Sequence record: MZ634349.1
Strand: one strand, 5' to 3'
DNA length: 24,000 nt
DNA from: Klebsiella phage PWKp18
Below, piece after piece: positions 6,400 to 14,394 of the stretch. Every line of letters starts with the position of its first letter. The stretch's first letter is position 1. The notes beneath the pieces were generated by a model. It did not search any database. It was not told the DNA's origin and saw nothing but the letters and a program-made list of their open reading frames with translations. The position numbers were made by a program, and so were the translations under genes.

Positions 6400-8241
6400 A
6401 TGATTAAGAACGAAATTAAAGTACTTTCAGACGTTGAACATATCAAGAAACGTAGTGGGATGTATATTGGTAGCTCAGCGCATGAAGCCCATGAACGCTT
6501 TCTGTTCGGTAAACATATGTCTCTGATGTATGTTCCTGGCGTAGTTAAGCTGATTGATGAAATCATTGACAACTCTGTTGATGAAGCCATTCGTACAAGC
6601 TTTAAGTTCGCCAACAAAATTGATGTTGAAATCCGTGGAAATAAAGTTATCGTTGAAGATAACGGCCGAGGTATTCCTCAAGATTTAGTCGAAACCCAGA
6701 CGGGTGAACAAATCCCAGGGCCGGTAGCTGCATGGACTATTCCAAAGGCCGGTGGTAACTTTGGCGATGACGCTGAGCGTAAGACAGGCGGCATGAATGG
6801 TGTCGGTAGTAGTTTAACCAATATCTTCTCTGTTTTGTTCGCAGGCGCCACCTGCGATGGAAATAATGAGATTACAGTACAGTGTTCTAACGGTATGGAA
6901 TCAGTCAGTTGGCGTAAAGTTCCTGCCTCTAAGAAAGAACATGTTAAGGCTAAAACAGGAACAGTTGTTTCATTTATTCCAGACTTTGTTAACTTTGAAG
7001 TAAGTAGTCTGACTGATGTTTATAGCGAAATCACTTTAGACCGTCTTCAAACTCTGGCTGTAATTTATCCAGATATTAAATTTACGTTTAACGGTAAAAA
7101 GGTTGATGGTAACTTTAAAAAGTTTGCTAAACAGTTTGGTGAGAGTGTAGTAATTCAAGAAACTGATAATGTTTCTATGGCATTTACTAATTCTGAAGAT
7201 GGGTTCCGTCATCTGACTTATGTGAACAACATCCACACTAAAAATGGTGGTCACCATGTTGAATGTGTATTCGATGATATCTGTGAACACCTTCTACCAG
7301 GCATTAAGCGCAAGTACAAAGGTATCGAAGTAACTAAGGCACGTGTTAAAGAATGCATGACTATGATTATGTTCATTCGTGACATGTCTAATATGCGATT
7401 CGATTCTCAGACTAAAGAGCGTTTGACCTCTCCTTTCGGTGAGATCCGTAGTCATATTAAAATCGATGCCAAAAAGATTGCACAAAGCATTTTGAAAGAT
7501 GAAGGCCTTATTATGCCTATCGTCGAAGCTGCTTTAGCTCGTAAATTAGCTGCTGAAAAAGCTGCTGAAACTAAAGCTAATAAAAAAGCCGCTAAAGCTA
7601 AAGTAGAAAAGCATATCAAGGCTAACATGTACGGCAAAGATGCCGACACAACCCTGTTCTTAACAGAAGGTGATTCTGCAATTGGTTATTTGATTGAAGT
7701 TCGCAATCGAGAACTTCACGGCGGATATCCATTACGTGGTAAGTTTATGAATACATGGGGTATGTCTGCTGTAGATATCCTAAAGAACAAAGAAGCCTTT
7801 GATATCTGTGCAATCACTGGATTAACTATCGGTGAATCTGCTGAAGGTATGAACTACAGAAATATCGCTATCATGACTGATGCTGACGTTGACGGTACTG
7901 GTTCAATCTATCCTTCACTGCTGGCTTTCTTCACTCAGTGGCCAGAACTATTTGAGCAAGGTCGAATTCGTTTTGTAAAAACTCCTGTTATTATCGCCCA
8001 AGTCGGTAAAAAACAAGAATGGTTCTATGATCTGCCTTCTTACGATAAGGCTAAAGGATCTCTTGGTAAGCATAGTATTCGATATATTAAAGGACTTGGT
8101 TCTTTGACTCGCGACGAGTATGAACGAGTTATCCAAGAACCTGTTTATGATGTAGTTAAACTGCCTGAAAATTGGAAAGATCTTTTTGAAATGCTGATGG
8201 GTAAAGATGCATCTAAGCGTAAAGCTTGGATGGCCGCTTAA
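6400..8241 (+). CDS. 39: DNA topoisomerase II large subunit, unsplit (equivalent to T4 gp39+gp60)
   Basis: MIKNEIKVLSDVEHIKKRSGMYIGS, EIIDNSVDEAIR, VEDNGRGIP, GGMNGVGSS (GHKL ATPase), TLFLTEGDSAIGYL and IAIMTDADVDGTGSIYPSLLAFF (TOPRIM), in one ORF. Start ATG 6400 with AGAGG upstream. Confidence 0.95.
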   Translation: MIKNEIKVLSDVEHIKKRSGMYIGSSAHEAHERFLFGKHMSLMYVPGVVKLIDEIIDNSVDEAIRTSFKFANKIDVEIRGNKVIVEDNGRGIPQDLVETQTGEQIPGPVAAWTIPKAGGNFGDDAERKTGGMNGVGSSLTNIFSVLFAGATCDGNNEITVQCSNGMESVSWRKVPASKKEHVKAKTGTVVSFIPDFVNFEVSSLTDVYSEITLDRLQTLAVIYPDIKFTFNGKKVDGNFKKFAKQFGESVVIQETDNVSMAFTNSEDGFRHLTYVNNIHTKNGGHHVECVFDDICEHLLPGIKRKYKGIEVTKARVKECMTMIMFIRDMSNMRFDSQTKERLTSPFGEIRSHIKIDAKKIAQSILKDEGLIMPIVEAALARKLAAEKAAETKANKKAAKAKVEKHIKANMYGKDADTTLFLTEGDSAIGYLIEVRNRELHGGYPLRGKFMNTWGMSAVDILKNKEAFDICAITGLTIGESAEGMNYRNIAIMTDADVDGTGSIYPSLLAFFTQWPELFEQGRIRFVKTPVIIAQVGKKQEWFYDLPSYDKAKGSLGKHSIRYIKGLGSLTRDEYERVIQEPVYDVVKLPENWKDLFEMLMGKDASKRKAWMAA

Positions 8242-8243
8242 TT

Positions 8244-8261
8244 AAAGGGCTTCGGCCCTTT
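8244..8261 (+). promoter_or_regulatory. Intercistronic C(TTCG)G hairpin directly upstream of a Shine-Dalgarno
   Basis: AAAGGGC-TTCG-GCCCTTT followed without gap by GGAGG (8262-8266) and ATG 8271; no U-tract. Confidence 0.7.
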
Positions 8262-8270
8262 GGAGGTTAT

Positions 8271-8594
8271 ATGAATCTGGTAATGCAAAATAATGCTATA
8301 GTTAATTTAGATAACATAGCCAGAATGGTAATGGAATCTGCAATTAGGCGTGTTGAATTTATAGACTCAGACGCCGCCAGGAAGAAAAAGTACCTGTTGG
8401 CTGTAAGAAACATAGCCGATAAGATTAAAATGAACCAGGAGTTAACCAGCGTTGAACGTGACTCAACTTTAAAGCTCATTTACTTGCACCGTGAAGAAAA
8501 GAGTACAATGGGTGAAATGAGACGAATCCTGGCTGAGCTTGGTTCTACCCGTGAGTACGTTCAACATAAGGTGGTCCAGAATGCGAAGCTATAG
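8271..8594 (+). CDS. Hypothetical protein (107 aa)
   Basis: Strong GGAGG; in-frame ATG 8271 (MNLVMQNNAIVNLDNIARM...), better than track start 8226, which lies inside gene 39. Confidence 0.7.
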   Translation: MNLVMQNNAIVNLDNIARMVMESAIRRVEFIDSDAARKKKYLLAVRNIADKIKMNQELTSVERDSTLKLIYLHREEKSTMGEMRRILAELGSTREYVQHKVVQNAKL

Positions 8595-8784
8595 AGTTAA
8601 CTTGAACTTGTTAGATAATGCTATATTCAAAGAGTATAGAATGATTCAACGGTTCTTTGATATCGACGAAGCTGAGTTGTTTAAAGAACGCTTCACAGAT
8701 ATTCGTATTAAAATAACCCACGACTGTGCATCGGCCGAAGAGCTCTTAGAGTGCGCCGAATTGATTAAATTACATAATGATTAA
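8581..8784 (+). CDS. Hypothetical protein (67 aa)
   Basis: ATG 8581, overlapping upstream ORF (MRSYRVNLNLLDNAIFKEYRMIQRFFDIDEAELFKERF...). Confidence 0.55.
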   Translation: MRSYRVNLNLLDNAIFKEYRMIQRFFDIDEAELFKERFTDIRIKITHDCASAEELLECAELIKLHND

Positions 8785-8792
8785 GGTAAAAA

Positions 8793-10940
8793 ATGAAACT
8801 CGTAACTGATGACGAAATTGTAATGGGCTCCGGCGGTAAATCAACCGACTTCACGATTAAAGCCTCAGCCAAAGCGTTCCGCGTTCTGTCTTCTAACCTG
8901 TACAAAAACAAAATTCGTGCAATTGTTCGTGAACTCTCTACTAACTGTATCGATGCTCACTTCCTGAACGGTTGTACTCGTCCGTTCGAAATTAAGGTTC
9001 CTTCTCGTCTTGACCCACGATTTGTTATTCGTGACTTTGGCCCTGGTCTTGATGAAGATGGCATGATTAACCTGTACACTACTTTCTTCGAATCCACTAA
9101 GAACAACAGCAACGACTTTATCGGTGCTCTGGGTCTTGGCTCTAAATCTCCATTAAGCTATACTAACACCTTTACAGTAGTATCTAACCATGGCGGTCGC
9201 TCGCGTGGTTATACAGTAATGATGGACGGTGGGCTGCCTAAAATTCGTCCTACCTTTGATGAAGAAATGGCTGAAGGCGAAACGACTGGTTTGGAAATCA
9301 CTGTTCCGGTTAAAACAGATGATATCAGCTCATGGCAGCATGAAATCAAGTACGTTCTTCGTCCTATGGGTGCTGGCTCTGTAGTTCTGAAAGGAACTCA
9401 GATGGAAGTTGACTTCTTCCCAGACCAAGATGTGCACACAACAGATCAGTACAATGGCTATGAAAATAACGGAATCTATGCGATCTATGGTAAGATTGTA
9501 TATCCCTTGAACGACGTCCCTGGTGTTAAAGATTCGTGGCTTCGTGCTCGGTATTCACGAGTGTATATTAAATTCCCTCTGGGTGAACTGGATATTACTC
9601 CGTCTCGTGAAGAGTTATCTCTTGATCCAGACACTGTGGCAAATATCCAGGCCCGTGTCTCTAAGATTAACCAAGAGTATCTTGAACGAGATATTCAAGA
9701 ACTAGATGAAATCACTAACGAGCGTGAGCTGGTTCGTAAATACAACGAGTTCGGACGAGCCGAGCGTAACATCATTGCTAACTCAGGTGTTAAAACTAAG
9801 TTAGGTTCTATTGCAACTATTCTGGCCAAGTATGATGTTTCTAAGCTTCGTGATATGGCGATGAACTCTGGCGCGGTAGCATACGACGGCGATGACGTTA
9901 AATTGTATCGTTTCAAAAACAGCTATGGTGGACGTTCTAAGATTTATGTAGATTCGATCTTAGGTGTGGACAAAAAGAAATTGACTATTCTTATTGATGA
10001 CAAGACTTCTAAGCGCGTAGCAACTATTCGGGCTCTTAAACACGCCGGTAAGATTGCACGTTATGATTTTGTTCTAGTTATCAACCCAGAATCAGAACTG
10101 CAACAGGCCTTCCTGAAAAAAGCTATTGAATTAATGGCTGAAGATGAAGTTGTCACGTATAAAGTATCTGAATGTGAAGAACTGCGTGCTAAACTGCCTA
10201 AAGTAGAAAGCGATGAGCCTGCAGAGAAACGCCCAGCTTCACCGAATGGTGCCCGATATACGTACTCTGAGAAAAATGGTTGGACTATTGAAAATCTCAA
10301 ATTAACTTCTAGCGAACTCTCTGAACTTGAAGGTTTTGTGTTGCTTCGCAGCCGCGATGATTTCATGACTTTTCCGGCCAAATCACCCATTAGCTGCTTT
10401 AGTGATACAGATGCTCGTATCTTGGCTCAAGAATGCGGTATCACAGAGTTCTTGGTTATGCGTCCATCAGGCTGCCGTAAAGCATTATTTGAAAATGAAA
10501 ATCTTGTTGATATGATGGCTTATATCATCGAGCGATACATTGATGCTATTGATGAGGTAGATTATGATTGCTATCTCCCAAGAAATTTCCGTAGCAACCG
10601 TGTGATTAACCACATTATTAATAAGAAGAAACTTGGGTTCCTTCTGACTTACTTTGTAGAAGGTAATGCTAACTCCGATTCACTGAATCGTCTGGTTAAT
10701 ATGAACCAGCGATTGAGCAACGTTACGGTGAAAGATAATACTGATTTAGCTTTATGTAACCAGATTTATAATAAACTGGAAGAAACATCTACGACCGCTT
10801 TCACTGTTAAAATGAAAGAGTTCAATGAAAAATACCCGGTTATTGATACCGTTCTGAACGAATGGCATCTAGAACAGGCCCAAATTGACGATATCGTTAA
10901 AATCATGGCTGCTCTCGAAGCAGCCGAACAATCCAAATAA
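8793..10940 (+). CDS. rIIA: rIIA-like protein (GHKL ATPase domain-containing)
   Basis: RELSTNCIDAH, IRDFGPGL, ALGLGSKSPLSYT motifs; 715 aa; located immediately before rIIB. Confidence 0.95.
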   Translation: MKLVTDDEIVMGSGGKSTDFTIKASAKAFRVLSSNLYKNKIRAIVRELSTNCIDAHFLNGCTRPFEIKVPSRLDPRFVIRDFGPGLDEDGMINLYTTFFESTKNNSNDFIGALGLGSKSPLSYTNTFTVVSNHGGRSRGYTVMMDGGLPKIRPTFDEEMAEGETTGLEITVPVKTDDISSWQHEIKYVLRPMGAGSVVLKGTQMEVDFFPDQDVHTTDQYNGYENNGIYAIYGKIVYPLNDVPGVKDSWLRARYSRVYIKFPLGELDITPSREELSLDPDTVANIQARVSKINQEYLERDIQELDEITNERELVRKYNEFGRAERNIIANSGVKTKLGSIATILAKYDVSKLRDMAMNSGAVAYDGDDVKLYRFKNSYGGRSKIYVDSILGVDKKKLTILIDDKTSKRVATIRALKHAGKIARYDFVLVINPESELQQAFLKKAIELMAEDEVVTYKVSECEELRAKLPKVESDEPAEKRPASPNGARYTYSEKNGWTIENLKLTSSELSELEGFVLLRSRDDFMTFPAKSPISCFSDTDARILAQECGITEFLVMRPSGCRKALFENENLVDMMAYIIERYIDAIDEVDYDCYLPRNFRSNRVINHIINKKKLGFLLTYFVEGNANSDSLNRLVNMNQRLSNVTVKDNTDLALCNQIYNKLEETSTTAFTVKMKEFNEKYPVIDTVLNEWHLEQAQIDDIVKIMAALEAAEQSK

Positions 10941-10952
10941 TAGAGGTGAATA

Positions 10953-11858
10953 ATGGCTGTATTATGTCTGTCCGAGAATGAAAAAGATGCAATCGTAAAA
11001 GGTTTTAACGGCGGCCTTTACAATAAAAAAGAACTGGCCGAAATTTATGGTGTTTCGACTGATACCATTCGCCGTGTCTTTAAAGAACGTACTATTTCTC
11101 CAAATGAACCAGCTAAAGTAAAAGCTCCGGCTCCTCGTGAATTCCAGTGGGCTGCTTCAAGCAAGTTCATTTCTATCACTGAAGGGCGTACCACTTATAA
11201 CGCAGACCCAAGTCATCCAGGGTTTAAATCGGCCCTGATGAAACTGGCTGAAGGCAAAATTGAAGAAGCCATCGACCATATCAACATCGAACGCGGTATT
11301 GCTAAATTTGTTAAAGGCAACGTCCGTATCGAAGATGGTGCTCTGTATTATAAGGACATTGAACTGAAATCTGGTCTGACTGAACGTATTATTTCAGCGA
11401 TGGAAAACGGTGAAGACTTCGAACGTTATCTGCCGTTCCTGGAAAACCTGATGCTGAACCCGAGCCGTAAAGCTGTTTATCGTCTGTTTGACTTCCTGAA
11501 TGCAAACGACATCGAAATTACTGACGATGGTCACTTTATCGGTTGGAAGGTAGTTCGTTCTAACTACTTTGACTGTGCATCTGGTAAGTTTGATAACAGT
11601 CCTGGTAAAGAAGTTACCATGCCTCGTAACCAGGTCGATGAAGACGACGAACGCACCTGCTCTACTGGTCTGCACGTTTGCTCTAAATCTTATATCCGAC
11701 ACTTCGGTAGTGGTTCAGACCGTATCGTTTCGGTTAAAGTACATCCTCGTGATGTAGTAAGTATTCCTGTTGATTACAACGATGCTAAAATGCGTACCTG
11801 TGGCTATAAAGTCCTTGAAGACGTAACTGCTCGCTGGAACAACGAACTGCGTGGTTAA
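10953..11858 (+). CDS. rIIB: rIIB-like protein
   Basis: N-terminal helix-turn-helix-like GVSTDTIRRVFKE; FDFLNANDIEITDDGHFIGWKVVRSNYFDC, TCSTGLHVCSKSYIRHFG, VKVHPRDVVSIPVDYNDAKMRTC match T4 rIIB. Confidence 0.95.
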   Translation: MAVLCLSENEKDAIVKGFNGGLYNKKELAEIYGVSTDTIRRVFKERTISPNEPAKVKAPAPREFQWAASSKFISITEGRTTYNADPSHPGFKSALMKLAEGKIEEAIDHINIERGIAKFVKGNVRIEDGALYYKDIELKSGLTERIISAMENGEDFERYLPFLENLMLNPSRKAVYRLFDFLNANDIEITDDGHFIGWKVVRSNYFDCASGKFDNSPGKEVTMPRNQVDEDDERTCSTGLHVCSKSYIRHFGSGSDRIVSVKVHPRDVVSIPVDYNDAKMRTCGYKVLEDVTARWNNELRG

Positions 11859-11864
11859 TTAAAT

Positions 11865-11886
11865 GGGGACTTCGGTCCCCTTTCTT
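11865..11886 (+). terminator. C(TTCG)G terminator hairpin downstream of rIIB
   Basis: GGGGAC-TTCG-GTCCCC followed by TTTCTT. Confidence 0.7.
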
Positions 11887-11898
11887 ATAAGGTGACTT

Positions 11899-12090
11899 AT
11901 GACTGGCTTCCAATCTCGTGTTATTGATGAATTATCTGAACTGAATCTGAAAATTAATGCTCTGACTGCATTCACCATCGGCAGTGTATTCAAATCGCTT
12001 GATCCTGTAGACCAAAGTTTGCTTCTTAGACAGCTTGATACAATGTCTGCGTACCGACACATTCTGGAAAAACGTATTCAGAGGTTTTAA
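11899..12090 (+). CDS. Small helical phage protein (63 aa)
   Basis: MTGFQSRVIDELSELNLKINALTAFTIGSVFKSLDPVDQSLLLRQLDTMSAYRHILEKRIQRF; pattern L..kI..L..F..s..F..L......LL..QL..M..Y..iL..Ri is common among short phage proteins. AAGG RBS. Confidence 0.7.
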   Translation: MTGFQSRVIDELSELNLKINALTAFTIGSVFKSLDPVDQSLLLRQLDTMSAYRHILEKRIQRF

Positions 12091-12374
12091 TGATTAATCC
12101 ATTCAATGCCGGCGATCGTAAAATCGCGGTCTCAAATCTTCGTGGAAATCATAAGGCAGCTACAGTCTATTGTCTGAAATTGGTCAAGCATCCAGGTGAC
12201 GTTCATTACGGCTGGCTTGAATGTGATGAGGTTGTTGAAGGTGAGTTTCCTTTAGTCGGTTCTAGTACTCTAGAATTTGACGATAGGATTTATTATGGTG
12301 AATTACACATCAGAGGTTTATATGGTATCGATGAGCTTGACTTGGAAACAACTACTGAATCTGAAGCCAGTTAA
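12090..12374 (+). CDS. Hypothetical protein (94 aa)
   Basis: TAATG junction with previous ORF. Confidence 0.65.
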   Translation: MINPFNAGDRKIAVSNLRGNHKAATVYCLKLVKHPGDVHYGWLECDEVVEGEFPLVGSSTLEFDDRIYYGELHIRGLYGIDELDLETTTESEAS

Positions 12375-12438
12375 TTTAACGGTTGAAAATCTTAGTAGAG
12401 AAAACAAAATTAAGGCCTTGAAAGAATCAGAACACTCG

Positions 12439-12924
12439 ATGTCCTTAGATAACTCTCAAGAACAACGCTCTGCTTTAAAGCGATGTGTAATAGCAACATT
12501 AGGCGAGCAACTGATTGCTCAGTGTACTAATGGCCGAGTAATGGATACAGAGTTTAACAAAGCCAATCCATTCAGTTACTCCTTCGATGTTATCTCTGAA
12601 GAAGGCGTGCGCATCGAGGTCAAGACCCACCAGTCTGATTCTCGATGGATTTCGGTCCACACTAAAGGAAGACATCCCTACCCTTATGGGTCAGGGATTG
12701 ACCTAGATGGGTTCCTGACGTATCGATTATCTGACTTAATAATCATATTAGATGTAGAAGAAGTGGGCCCAGGCGTCTACAGGTTTATCCCTCGTATGAT
12801 GGGCGACCAAACTGCCTTTCTGCCTGGGTCTGGCTTAGTTCAAGAAAGCAAGTATGAAAACGGCGGTTGGTACTTACGTTCTTGTTCTGAAGAAGAATAC
12901 CAGTTTAAAAGGTTTACATACTGA
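12439..12924 (+). CDS. Probable PD-(D/E)XK-fold nuclease-like protein (ORF open from 12277; start uncertain)
   Basis: GEQLIAQ...SYSFDVISEEGVRIEVKTHQSD: D-x9-ExK core with preceding GE helix. Candidate start ATG 12439 (161 aa); TTG 12418 also possible. Confidence 0.55.
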   Translation: MSLDNSQEQRSALKRCVIATLGEQLIAQCTNGRVMDTEFNKANPFSYSFDVISEEGVRIEVKTHQSDSRWISVHTKGRHPYPYGSGIDLDGFLTYRLSDLIIILDVEEVGPGVYRFIPRMMGDQTAFLPGSGLVQESKYENGGWYLRSCSEEEYQFKRFTY

Positions 12925-12941
12925 TTAGACTGTGGTATAGT
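12912..12941 (+). promoter_or_regulatory. Putative early promoter
   Basis: GTTTAC (12912-12917), 18 nt, TATAGT (12936-12941), then ACTCCTACACCAAC. Confidence 0.65.
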
Positions 12942-12970
12942 ACTCCTACACCAACAATGAGGAGCACTAA

Positions 12971-13171
12971 ATGAAATCTTTAATCCAACGTTTCGGAAAA
13001 GCAAAATACGGTTGTTCTGCTGAACGCGAATACGTTTACTATCAACTTCTTGATGTAGAAGCTCAACTCAATTCTGCAGCTGTTTCTGGAATAGCTCCGA
13101 TGTGTGGAGTTGAGGCTCTGCGTGAAGTTCGCGATGGTTATCGCCACCAAATTGAGGAAATGTCCAAATGA
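12971..13171 (+). CDS. Hypothetical protein (66 aa)
   Basis: GAGGAG RBS, ATG 12971. Confidence 0.65.
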   Translation: MKSLIQRFGKAKYGCSAEREYVYYQLLDVEAQLNSAAVSGIAPMCGVEALREVRDGYRHQIEEMSK

Positions 13172-13407
13172 AACGTTTTGGGTTGTTTAATCTTGTAAGA
13201 AATGAGTGGCTAACTACTTGGCATACCGGAACATTTGAAGGACACGTAGACCACTATCTTGACTACGACGATGACCAAGTGTTTATGACGCGCTCTGAAC
13301 ATGATGCTATGCGAGCTCTTTCAGGACGTTCTGGATATCTCACTAGTCCTAAAACAGGTGAAGAGATTAAACGCGGCGAAATCATTGTGAAAGAAATTCA
13401 CCTCTAA
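13168..13407 (+). CDS. Hypothetical protein (79 aa)
   Basis: ATGA overlap with previous ORF. Confidence 0.6.
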   Translation: MKRFGLFNLVRNEWLTTWHTGTFEGHVDHYLDYDDDQVFMTRSEHDAMRALSGRSGYLTSPKTGEEIKRGEIIVKEIHL

Positions 13408-13409
13408 GT

Positions 13410-13439
13410 GTTTACAACGTCTGTAGGTCATGATACTAT
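13410..13439 (+). promoter_or_regulatory. Putative early promoter with dyad around the -10
   Basis: GTTTAC (13410-13415), 18 nt, TACTAT (13434-13439); GTCTGTAGG (13419-13427)/CCTACAGAC (13443-13451). Confidence 0.6.
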
Positions 13440-13466
13440 GTTCCTACAGACAAAATGGAGGAAATC

Positions 13467-13574
13467 ATGCTTAAGAACATTTTCAACTTTATCGTTTTAG
13501 CTATCGTACTGATGATAATGCCTGTAGTGTTCTTTATCGACGTGGTTATCATAAATTTAAGACACTTGTTCTGA
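13467..13574 (+). CDS. Single-pass hydrophobic micro-protein (35 aa)
   Basis: GGAGG RBS; MLKNIFNFIVLAIVLMIMPVVFFIDVVIINLRHLF. Confidence 0.6.
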   Translation: MLKNIFNFIVLAIVLMIMPVVFFIDVVIINLRHLF

Positions 13575-13584
13575 GGAAATTATT

Positions 13585-13692
13585 ATGAACGCAGTATTAG
13601 GCTGGATTAACGCAGCGGCTTTTATTGTTGGGTGTAATGTGCCATATTGGCTCGGTTGGTCTGATACTATGTTATGGTTCTTTAAGCCATAA
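13585..13692 (+). CDS. Micro-protein (35 aa)
   Basis: GAGGAAATTATT-ATG; MNAVLGWINAAAFIVGCNVPYWLGWSDTMLWFFKP. Confidence 0.5.
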   Translation: MNAVLGWINAAAFIVGCNVPYWLGWSDTMLWFFKP

Positions 13693-13696
13693 CATT

Positions 13697-13713
13697 TGGG
13701 AGCCTAGCTCCCA
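13697..13713 (+). other. Intergenic hairpin upstream of ndd
   Basis: TGGGAGC-CTA-GCTCCCA perfect inverted repeat, no U-tract. Confidence 0.6.
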
Positions 13714-13750
13714 TAGAGGATAAAACTTAAACTTTATTGAGGAAATTGTT

Positions 13751-14209
13751 ATGACTATTGATACCCGCAACTACATGACCCGTGGCGATCTGACTAAAGC
13801 TGGCGCTGTAACAGTGGCCCACGTTAAAAACGGTCATACTGTCGGCTTCGTTATGCCTGAAGTTCTGGCTCAACCAGGTTTCTACTTTATGGTTAAAGGC
13901 GCCGGTGAAAATCGTACAGTAGGAGCCCGGTTCTTTGTAGGCAATCAACGTTCTGCACAAGGTTTTAATGCTACGTTGTCTCATATTCGTCAAGGTCGTA
14001 GCCAGCTGGCTCGTACTATGGCTAGCAATAACATTGTTTATGAAGTTTTGTATCTCCCACAATCTAAAATGAAACCTTTGACTACTGGCTTCAAGAAAGG
14101 TCAACTGGCGCTGGCATTCACTCGTCAGCACAGTTCTGAAATGCAGACTTTGTCTGAGCTGAATCGTATTCTGAATGACAACTTCAAATTCATTCTTCAG
14201 AGCTACTAA
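13751..14209 (+). CDS. ndd: Nucleoid disruption protein Ndd
   Basis: [80 protein letters not shown]; 152 aa. Confidence 0.95.
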   Translation: MTIDTRNYMTRGDLTKAGAVTVAHVKNGHTVGFVMPEVLAQPGFYFMVKGAGENRTVGARFFVGNQRSAQGFNATLSHIRQGRSQLARTMASNNIVYEVLYLPQSKMKPLTTGFKKGQLALAFTRQHSSEMQTLSELNRILNDNFKFILQSY

Positions 14210-14394
14210 TGAGTAGTTTTATGAAAATGCTCTTTGCTATGGGCTACTTGTTAGTCCTAGCATTGATGATTTGCGCTGGGACCTATGTTACCTTAGGTCT
14301 TCCCGTTACAAGCAAACTTATATCGCTGATGTTGTTCTCTGTAGGCTTTATTTGTTTCGAAAGAATTTCTAAAATGTGTGGGGTATACAAGTGA
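14209..14394 (+). CDS. Predicted two-TM small membrane protein (61 aa)
   Basis: TAATG overlap with ndd; [61 protein letters not shown]. Confidence 0.65.
   Translation: MSSFMKMLFAMGYLLVLALMICAGTYVTLGLPVTSKLISLMLFSVGFICFERISKMCGVYK

Noticed and set aside
7553-7615. Lys/Ala-rich string (KLAAEKAAETKANKKAAKAKVEKHIKA) within the topoisomerase large subunit as a possible insertion or repeat
   Set aside because: T4 gp39 has an equivalent Lys/Ala-rich linker at the same place, so it is a normal family feature.
10061-10390. 109-aa minus-strand ORF within rIIA
   Set aside because: Antisense to conserved rIIA; Ser-rich shadow translation.
13727-14131. 134-aa minus-strand ORF opposite ndd
   Set aside because: Long but fully antisense to clearly recognised ndd, no promoter or RBS on the minus strand.
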